Assembly: GCA_050298055.1 (NCBI GenBank)
Contig: JBNKTL010000066.1
Coordinates: forward strand, 1-15,476
Direction: 5' to 3'
Source: Spirochaetota bacterium
Lineage (GTDB): Bacteria; Spirochaetota; UBA4802; UBA5550
DNA: 15,476 nt
Below, in pieces: positions 1-6,318 of the stretch. The position numbers and the translations under genes are program-made. Each line of letters opens with the position of its first letter. Position 1 is the stretch's first letter. The notes beneath the pieces were generated by a model that was given only the letters and a program-made list of their open reading frames with translations, had not been told where the DNA came from and did no database searches.

Positions 1-101
1 ATGTCTATGAGTCTTTCTAAAGAATCTTCTCCAAAATGCTTTCCGGGATACACTGTTAAAAAATATCCCTGGTCTTGCTCTATCTCCTTGTATCGTGCCA
101 T
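1..101 (-). CDS. Probable IS1182-family transposase, N-terminal fragment (runs off the window edge)
   Basis: Not in the ORF track. Manual translation from the ATG at 101 gives MARYKEIEQDQGYFLTVYPGKHFGEDSLERLID..., open to the edge, with an AAGG 7 nt upstream of the ATG. From recall, the MARYK-x5-QG-x-F...LID start resembles IS1182-family transposase N-termini. Only 33 codons are visible. Confidence 0.55.
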   Translation of the reverse strand, partial: MARYKEIEQDQGYFLTVYPGKHFGEDSLERLID

Positions 102-178
102 CAAATAACCTTATAATTTATTAGTAATGATATACCAAGTCATCATAATTCCCCTTATCTGTCAATTAATCGACAGAC
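1..178 (-). mobile_element. Putative left end of an IS1182-like insertion sequence
   Basis: The transposase-like start at 101 is preceded on the minus strand by GTCTGTCGATTAATTGACAGA (178->158), which resembles the CTGTCGATT-type termini I recall for this family. The sequence switches abruptly into a truncated palindromic repeat at 179. The partner IR lies outside the window. Confidence 0.45.
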
Positions 179-247
179 AACCCCTGAGGGGGCGTAAGAT
201 TCTCATCCGAACACTCTCTTGTGCCCCCTTTGGGGGTTAGGGGGCTC
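179..247. repeat. GC-rich REP-like palindromic repeat (imperfect long hairpin), left arm truncated
   Basis: AACCCCTGAGGGGGCGTAAGA (179-199) pairs imperfectly with TCTTGTGCCCCCTTTGGGGGTT (217-238). Each arm is itself a CCCC-N3-GGGG mini-hairpin. The right arm continues AGGGGGCTC (239-247) without a partner. Confidence 0.55.
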
Positions 248-392
248 TTCCTCTTCTTATGTATTTCTGTGTCTTTCCAGTTAAATTTTTTTCTTGACGT
301 TAACAGCATATACTGTTTCTGTTAATTTATTGAACCTTGAAGTGATTTATTGCCGATTAAATTAATTCCCGATATTTTAAACGTATAGAAGA

Positions 393-1715
393 ATGGATGT
401 ATACTTAAAAACTAAGACACGATATTCTCTCAGTATTAAGGTAATGATAATATATGTACTTCTTGCCTCATTCAATACTGTCTTCTTTATATCTATCATA
501 TTTGAGAACCAGGTTGACCTGATAACCGATAATGCCACCCTTAAAGCTGAAAAACTTGTAAACTCTCTTGTTTACAATATGGAACTGAAAGCCGGTCCGG
601 TTTTTCAGGAGAAGAAAAGCAGGAGCGAGATCATTAACAGCATTTCCGGGATTATTTCGCCTCTTGTGAAGAAGTATGTCCTGTTTTCAGAAAGCGGAGA
701 AAAACTCTATTCGTCGGGGGGGACATTTCAGCTTCCGAAAACCCATGTGCAGAATGTCAAACGGGCACTTGCCGGAAAGGAATTTACCGGGAAACAGTAC
801 CACCTGGTAATCGATGAAAAGTCGGAAATGATGCATTTCTATATTCCCCTGGAGACAGAGGGGGACATGAATTTTCTTGTCTACCTCCCTTTTAATCTTC
901 AAAAGGTCGGAAACAGGTTGAACCAGCTTTACCGGCAGGGGACCCTGGTGTTTGTGGTATCAATTATTTTCCACCTTGTTTTTGCATTGATCCTGTTCAA
1001 GGTTATTGTTAATCCCATCCAGCAGCTTAACAACGGAAGTATGAAACTGTCCGAAGGGGACCTGTCGTACCGGGTGCCCATAAATCGCAATGATGAGCTT
1101 GGTTCACTTGCCCAGTCGTTCAATTTTATGGCCGATTCAATCCAGGACAAGATGGACACCCTTGAAGTCCAGATGAACACCATCAATGAAGCCAGAAAAA
1201 AAATGGAGGAGATGGCCACAACCGATGAACTCACGGGGCTTTATAACCGGAGGTTTATGTTCAGGATGCTGGATGAAGAACTCAGCAGAAGTATCAGAAA
1301 GGATTATAATCTCTCCTTTATTATGATCGATATTGATCACTTTAAGCGGTTTAACGATACGCACGGGCACCAGGTTGGAGACCTTGTTCTGAAAGAAACA
1401 GCAAATGAGATCAAGAACACATGCAGGGTCATCGATGTTGTAGCCCGTTACGGTGGAGAGGAGATTGCCGTGATTGCTCCCGATTGTCCCATCGATGCAC
1501 TTAAAGAATTCTGTGAAAGGATCAGGAAGGCTATTGAAAAAAACAGAATCAGCACACCCGAAGGTGACCTCTCGGTGACTGTGAGCATAGGAGCAACCAG
1601 TTTTGATAAGGTGCTGCTGGATACGATCGGTGACAGCAACCGGCTCATCCTTTTTGCGGATATAGCACTTTATCGTGCAAAGGAGAGGGGGCGGAACCGG
1701 GTTGAGCTTGGATAG
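393..1715 (+). CDS. Membrane-bound sensor diguanylate cyclase (TM - extracytoplasmic domain - TM - HAMP - coiled coil - GGDEF)
   Basis: 440 aa. Two hydrophobic segments; HAMP signature (NPIQQL...GDLSYRVPINRNDELGSLAQSFNFM); DELTGLYNRR; MIDIDHFKRFNDTHGHQVGD; RVID I-site; RYGGEEI active-site motif; C-terminal ADIALYRAKERGRNRV. Confidence 0.95.
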   Translation: MDVYLKTKTRYSLSIKVMIIYVLLASFNTVFFISIIFENQVDLITDNATLKAEKLVNSLVYNMELKAGPVFQEKKSRSEIINSISGIISPLVKKYVLFSESGEKLYSSGGTFQLPKTHVQNVKRALAGKEFTGKQYHLVIDEKSEMMHFYIPLETEGDMNFLVYLPFNLQKVGNRLNQLYRQGTLVFVVSIIFHLVFALILFKVIVNPIQQLNNGSMKLSEGDLSYRVPINRNDELGSLAQSFNFMADSIQDKMDTLEVQMNTINEARKKMEEMATTDELTGLYNRRFMFRMLDEELSRSIRKDYNLSFIMIDIDHFKRFNDTHGHQVGDLVLKETANEIKNTCRVIDVVARYGGEEIAVIAPDCPIDALKEFCERIRKAIEKNRISTPEGDLSVTVSIGATSFDKVLLDTIGDSNRLILFADIALYRAKERGRNRVELG

Positions 1716-1724
1716 GGCAGGATC

Positions 1725-3026
1725 ATGAATATCAGGATTCAGATAACATTAATGCTCTTCTCGGTGGTACTGCTTTTTTCCTTTTTTAAGTTCGTTAATG
1801 ATACAAATGTTGAGATTCGTCTTAATGAACTTACATCCTATTTCCATAATATCGATGTCATGGAGAATAATACGGATGATATTGTCCTGGTGGCGCGCTA
1901 TAACCTGCATAAAAAAATTTACGAAGAAAAGATATCCCGGGAGTCCGCAGATACCCTGGAACACCGCCTTCAACTTCTCAGTGACAGCAGGATTGCAGAC
2001 GTCGGCCAGGGAAAGAGAGATACGGGTATGATGAAGGCGATGTCAATCAGTCTTATTAATTTAAATAGAATGGTCATGGGCAAACCCCCCATCCGGAAGA
2101 TAAAAAAACAGAAAGATCCCCTGAAGCTTATTGACGAAGCATACTATTTTGAAAAGAACTATATCTTCAAAAAAGCCATTGAGATATACCGGAGGGTCCT
2201 GATTGAAAGTAAAATAAGCAGGGCTATTACCGCAAGGGTTCTCCTTCATCTTGGATACAGCTCGGCGCTTGTGGGGGCACATAAGAATGCTGAAAATTAT
2301 TATGAAAGGATCATCAAGGAATACAGCAGCGATAATATTGCCATAACAGCTTCAATACTTTTAAAATATCTCAGGGGATTCGAAAAGGAAACGAAAAGGA
2401 TTAAGAAGTCAGGTATCGGGTCTCTTGAAAAGGGTGAAAAGCTTTACAGCCTGCAGGCGTATGATGATGCTCTGAGCATACTGAAAACAATGGAACTGAA
2501 GGCGGCCCCGGGCCAGGTTTCGCGAATAAAATACTATAAGGCGCAATGCTACAGCGGGATTGGTGAACAGGGAAAGGCGGCGGAAATTCATATGGATATT
2601 ATTGCAACCAATCCCGGGTCAAAGTTTGCCCGTCTTTCTAACAGGAGTCTTTTCCTCATTGGAAACAGGATAGGAGGCGAAAACCGTTTGAAGCGGGCAT
2701 CGGTAAAACTGAACCGGGTGATAAAGGACCCTGTTTTCGATAAAATGCTCAAAACAGAAAAGATATATGCGGTGGATGAGAAAAATCACCAGGTACCTGC
2801 TGATAAAATTATAGTCTCACCTGAAGTCCTGAAAAAGGTGGATGAAGTGTTATTGGTCAAAAAGAGCAGTTACACGGGAAAAAATGTCAAAGTCGAAACC
2901 ATGGATGAAAATGTTTTCACAGGGACTGTCATGTCGGAAAAGAACAATATGTTCAGTATCAGGACTTCTATCGGGGTGATTGATATTCATAAGAACAAGA
3001 TATCCAGTATTCAAATAGTGAAATAG
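1725..3026 (+). CDS. Membrane-anchored tetratricopeptide-repeat protein with a small C-terminal beta domain
   Basis: 433 aa, 9 bp after the DGC stop. N-terminal hydrophobic segment; TPR-like helices (AYYFEKNYIFKKAIEIY, LLHLGYSSALVGAHKNAENYY, YYKAQCYSGIGEQGKAAEIH); beta-rich C-terminus. Confidence 0.8.
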   Translation: MNIRIQITLMLFSVVLLFSFFKFVNDTNVEIRLNELTSYFHNIDVMENNTDDIVLVARYNLHKKIYEEKISRESADTLEHRLQLLSDSRIADVGQGKRDTGMMKAMSISLINLNRMVMGKPPIRKIKKQKDPLKLIDEAYYFEKNYIFKKAIEIYRRVLIESKISRAITARVLLHLGYSSALVGAHKNAENYYERIIKEYSSDNIAITASILLKYLRGFEKETKRIKKSGIGSLEKGEKLYSLQAYDDALSILKTMELKAAPGQVSRIKYYKAQCYSGIGEQGKAAEIHMDIIATNPGSKFARLSNRSLFLIGNRIGGENRLKRASVKLNRVIKDPVFDKMLKTEKIYAVDEKNHQVPADKIIVSPEVLKKVDEVLLVKKSSYTGKNVKVETMDENVFTGTVMSEKNNMFSIRTSIGVIDIHKNKISSIQIVK

Positions 3027-3031
3027 AGTTA

Positions 3032-3943
3032 TTACTCAACAAGGTTCCTGACCAGTCCGGAAAGAGAATTGGCTTTTATCTCATCCAGATAATGGTACCT
3101 GCCGTTTATAGACTCCGCAAGCTCCCGCAATCTGCCGAGACGAACAAAGTTTTTCTCCGTATCAATGAGGAGAGATTCTATACCAAGGTCTCTTATCATT
3201 TCAGCAATTTGTTTTACTTCGGTATATGGCTCAAGCTGTGGATTGATACTCACATTGGCCTTTCCGTCAGATATTAACACGAGTAAGGGTTTGATCTTAT
3301 TATTCTTTTTTAATTCCTTTCGCACCAGGTTAAGGCCTTTAAGCAAACCGTGTGAGAGAGGGGTCTTTCCCCCTGTTGGCATAATTTCCAGCCTTTTGTG
3401 TGCTAGTTCAACACTCGATGTGGGTTCAAGTAAAACTTCCGCTTTTTTTCCCCGAAAAGCAATAAGTCCAACCCTGTCTCTTTTTTGATATGCGTCAACA
3501 AGGAGTGACATCACGGCTCCCTTTGTCTCAACCATTCTCTGCTGCGCGCCCATTGATCCGGAAGAATCCACAATAAAGAGAATTGTATTCCCGATTTTTT
3601 TTTCTCTGACTTTTTCCCGAATATCTTCATTTTTCACGGCAATGGCCATACCGTTTTTGTCCCTGTATACCTGGTGGGGCGCTGCCGCTCTCAATGTAGC
3701 ATCAAAGGCCAGATCGGTAACTTTTCCCCCGGGGACTCTGAAACCGGCATATCTCCCTGTTTTATGAGAACTCCGGGCTTTGCTTCTTTTTCCGAAACCC
3801 TCCCGCTGTCTCCTCTCTGTTTCCGGGGTTATTTTTTTTACTTTAAACTGAGAACCTGTGTGAAAGATCTTTTCCGGTGCGGCCCTCTGTTCGTCTTCCC
3901 GGGTATTTTCATCATCTCCCGTTTCATGGTCTTCGGCATTCAT
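3032..3943 (-). CDS. chlD: vWA (integrin-I) domain half of the ChlD/BchD-type chelatase medium subunit, probably expressed as a -1 frameshift fusion with the upstream ATPase
   Basis: 303 aa ORF. Acidic linker start ([10 protein letters not shown]), [20 protein letters not shown] motif [27 protein letters not shown] and ISDGKANV are all typical of the ChlD/BchD C-terminal half. No SD-like sequence precedes the ATG at 3943. Confidence 0.88.
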   Translation of the reverse strand: MNAEDHETGDDENTREDEQRAAPEKIFHTGSQFKVKKITPETERRQREGFGKRSKARSSHKTGRYAGFRVPGGKVTDLAFDATLRAAAPHQVYRDKNGMAIAVKNEDIREKVREKKIGNTILFIVDSSGSMGAQQRMVETKGAVMSLLVDAYQKRDRVGLIAFRGKKAEVLLEPTSSVELAHKRLEIMPTGGKTPLSHGLLKGLNLVRKELKKNNKIKPLLVLISDGKANVSINPQLEPYTEVKQIAEMIRDLGIESLLIDTEKNFVRLGRLRELAESINGRYHYLDEIKANSLSGLVRNLVE

Positions 3944-4986
3944 ATTTTGAGTTTTTTTTTATGTTTTTCGATTGTTTCCTGAAGCTTCTCCTTCTCAATT
4001 CCCGGGTCCTGGAAGGGTCTTTTTCTCATCCTGTGGCCAATCACCAGTTCGGCTGCTTCCTGTACGTCGTCAGGTGTAATCTCCCTGCGAAGGTGAAACG
4101 CCGCAATGGTCATGGCTGTTTTCAGCATGAATAAATCCGCCCTGTGCCCGTCAACTGCCGTCTCAATGGCAATTGACACAATAAGCTGAAATATTTCATT
4201 ATTGTAAGTCACTTCCGGGAGCAGTTTTCTTGCTTCCTGTATCCTTGCAGACAGCTCTTTCTCCTTTTCACTCCATTCATTAACAAATTCTGATTGTCCG
4301 TTTTCGTATTGAAGGCCGCGTTCAAGAATCTGTATTCGTTTATCCGGATCACTGATCCCTTCAATATTAACACAGAGTCCGAACCTGTCCAGAAGCTGGG
4401 GTCTCAGGTCCCCCTCTTCAGGATTCATTGTCCCGATGAGAATAAAACGGGCCGGATGAGAAAATGAGATACTTTCTCTCTGAATGTAATTGACACCCAT
4501 TGCGGCGGCATCCAGAAGGACATCCACAAGATGGTCATCGAGGAGATTGATCTCATCCACGTAAAGGATTCCCCTGTTTACCCGGGCAAGAATTCCCGGT
4601 TCAAAATTCTTTTCACCCTTTTTTATTGCATGTTCAATATCAAGAGTACCTATGACCCTGTCCTCTGTGGCTCCCAGAGGCAGATCTACGACTTCAATAT
4701 TTGCGTCCTTAATCGGCAGCTTTTCTCCATTTTTACTTTTTTCTTTGCAATGACTGCACATTTCATTTATGTTATGGGGATCGCATTTATAGACACAATC
4801 TTCAACAACCTGGATCTTCGGCAAAAGGTTCGCGAGGGCCCTTACCGCGGTAGATTTTGCGGTACCCTTTTCCCCCTGTATTAACACACCCCCGATCTTC
4901 TGGTTGATCGCATTCAGTATAAGCGACTTTTTCATCCTTTCCTGGTCCACTATTGCTGTAAAAGGAAATAGCGCGTTTTTATTCAT
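3940..4986 (-). CDS. chlI: ChlI/BchI-type AAA+ ATPase, chelatase small subunit (also the N-terminal half of the predicted fusion)
   Basis: 348 aa. FPFTAIVDQ start, Walker [24 protein letters not shown], Walker [30 protein letters not shown]. Strong SD AAGGAG at 4999-4994. Confidence 0.93.
   Translation of the reverse strand: MNKNALFPFTAIVDQERMKKSLILNAINQKIGGVLIQGEKGTAKSTAVRALANLLPKIQVVEDCVYKCDPHNINEMCSHCKEKSKNGEKLPIKDANIEVVDLPLGATEDRVIGTLDIEHAIKKGEKNFEPGILARVNRGILYVDEINLLDDHLVDVLLDAAAMGVNYIQRESISFSHPARFILIGTMNPEEGDLRPQLLDRFGLCVNIEGISDPDKRIQILERGLQYENGQSEFVNEWSEKEKELSARIQEARKLLPEVTYNNEIFQLIVSIAIETAVDGHRADLFMLKTAMTIAAFHLRREITPDDVQEAAELVIGHRMRKRPFQDPGIEKEKLQETIEKHKKKLKI
3952..3960 (-). other. 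Candidate programmed -1 frameshift / transcriptional slippage site (A9; A_AAA_AAA heptamer)
   Basis: Minus strand reads CAT AAA AAA AAA CTC AAA ATA TGA in frame 0. The -1 frame reads TAA AAA AAA ACT CAA AAT ATG AAT..., continuous with the vWA ORF. Confidence 0.72.
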
Positions 4987-5037
4987 GAAAATTCTCCTTA
5001 AATTCTTCTGTGTTGAAAATAAAAATATTTAATATAT

Positions 5038-5302
5038 CTACTCAGCTATAGAGTGAAATATAGTTATTTTAATAAATTAATGTCATTCCCGCGGAATCGG
5101 GAATCTACGTTTTTCAATAAAATGGATCCCGGAAGAAACAGGACGCTTCGCATGGCAGGTTTTATTGAGCCGTCCTGGCACGTACCTGCAGACAAACATC
5201 CTGTTTGCTCTCGGATTTGACATGGACGTCAAAAATCCGACCTCTTCGCTTCGCTTCGGCCGGGATGACAGACTTATTAGTTGCTTTGCAAGAGCTGAGT
5301 AG
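5038..5302. mobile_element. Putative MITE-like element bounded by 10-bp perfect inverted repeats
   Basis: CTACTCAGCT (5038-5047) and AGCTGAGTAG (5293-5302) are exact reverse complements flanking a non-coding, hairpin-rich interior. Confidence 0.4.
5081..5270. repeat. REP-like GTCAT(T)CCCG...CGGGATGAC palindromic element with extra nested hairpins
   Basis: Ends are TGTCATTCCCG (5081-5091) and CGGGATGACA (5261-5270). Left hairpin ATTCCCG/CGGGAAT (5085-5104). Right stem ATCCCGG (5126-5132)/CCGGGAT (5260-5266) encloses further stems. It forms a GC-rich island within an AT-rich intergenic region. Confidence 0.7.
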
Positions 5303-5361
5303 TTACTGTTCAACATTAAAAATATTTTGTAACTTCTGTTTTTTATATTATTGCACATCAC

Positions 5362-6303
5362 CTATTTCACCTTCCATAATGTTGAGAGAAAAAGAACCGC
5401 GGCAATGATAAATACAATATTTGACCCAATAGAAATCAGGAGGATTTTTGTCCCCAGTTTTTTCCCGTATATTCCAATATGTGACGGTATGAGAAATCTC
5501 AGCTTTTGAATGACACCCAGAATACTTCCCGTGAGAAGGCTGAGGATAATACCCTCGGGAGTGATCAGTTTTTCATGAAGGAGGTTTCCCGCTATGGTAT
5601 ACGCGGCGATATTATTAACCGATTGGGCGGCGATTATCGGTACTCCCCGGGAGGGTAACGGAAAATAACGGGGGATGACCTCAAAATAAGCCGAAAGCTT
5701 TGTCACGAAACCGGAATCCATAAGCAGAAATAGCAGTATGGTTACCGGAACCATGATTCGCAGAATACCGTAAGAAAGCTTCATGCTTTTTTTCAGGCAG
5801 GGGCCAAGGGCCTCTTTAAATTCTCCTTTTTCCCCGGAAGGATAATTATCATGGTGTTCCGGCGCCCGGTTGAGTATCATTCTTCCGATAATAAGGAATG
5901 TCCCTGTCTTTAAAAAACCGAGTGTTACATTAATAATAAAGTAGATCATTCCTGTTGCGTGAAGTACCGGGAGAATAACAGGAAGGGTGACCCTCCAGTG
6001 CATCAGGCTGATGGGAAATGAATTGACCAGAACGGCAATGATCAGCTCTTTTTCCGTTATCTCTCTGTTCTTATAAAATCCGAAGAGCATTGAATTTGCC
6101 GCCATGGGGGACGCGAAGGCGCTTAAAAACGCGAGACCGCATCCCGCGTTTAAATTGCTGAAATCAGTTACGGGCCTTGTAAACCGTGACAACCTGCCCG
6201 TTAAATTCAGATGCGTCAGTAACTCAGCGATAAAAACACCGAATAACACGAAGGGAATGATTTTCACTATATAGACAAGTGAACTGATGAGTGAATGATA
6301 CAT
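5362..6303 (-). CDS. Polytopic membrane protein, probably nucleoside-recognition Gate-domain family
   Basis: 313 aa with about 8 hydrophobic segments in two similar halves (RFTRPVTDFSNL...AFLSAFASPMAANSMLFGFYKNREITEKE versus YFEVIPRYFPLP...PIIAAQSVNNIAAYTIAGNLLHEKLITPEG). The family assignment is from recall of Gate-domain proteins. Confidence 0.65.
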   Translation of the reverse strand: MYHSLISSLVYIVKIIPFVLFGVFIAELLTHLNLTGRLSRFTRPVTDFSNLNAGCGLAFLSAFASPMAANSMLFGFYKNREITEKELIIAVLVNSFPISLMHWRVTLPVILPVLHATGMIYFIINVTLGFLKTGTFLIIGRMILNRAPEHHDNYPSGEKGEFKEALGPCLKKSMKLSYGILRIMVPVTILLFLLMDSGFVTKLSAYFEVIPRYFPLPSRGVPIIAAQSVNNIAAYTIAGNLLHEKLITPEGIILSLLTGSILGVIQKLRFLIPSHIGIYGKKLGTKILLISIGSNIVFIIAAVLFLSTLWKVK

Positions 6304-6318
6304 TGATTTTTCCCGGCT

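Noticed and set aside
130..165. Sigma70 promoter for the transposase using TTGACA at 165-160
   Set aside because: Candidate -10 hexamers fall at 12 bp (TATGAT) or 25 bp (TATATC) spacing, not 16-18.
3595..3603. Second A9 tract (minus strand) inside the vWA ORF
   Set aside because: It encodes E-K-K-I within a continuous, conserved reading frame with no frame break to explain. It shows that A9 runs alone are not diagnostic here; the 3952-3960 site is singled out by its position at the frame junction.
3032..4986. chlD pseudogene interpretation
   Set aside because: Both halves retain intact Walker A/B and MIDAS motifs with no other lesions, and the break falls exactly at the domain boundary that yields a ChlI-sized product.
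4987..5361. Cobalamin riboswitch in the structured intergenic region
   Set aside because: Context made it attractive, but on the minus strand I found no B12-box or GCCACTG/GGGAAG core. The structure is accounted for by REP-like terminal repeats.
5083..5408. ORFs 5083..5361 (-, 92 aa) and 5205..5408 (+, 67 aa)
   Set aside because: They run across the palindromic repeat, have no recognisable motifs or clear SD, and are better explained as chance frames in non-coding repeat DNA.
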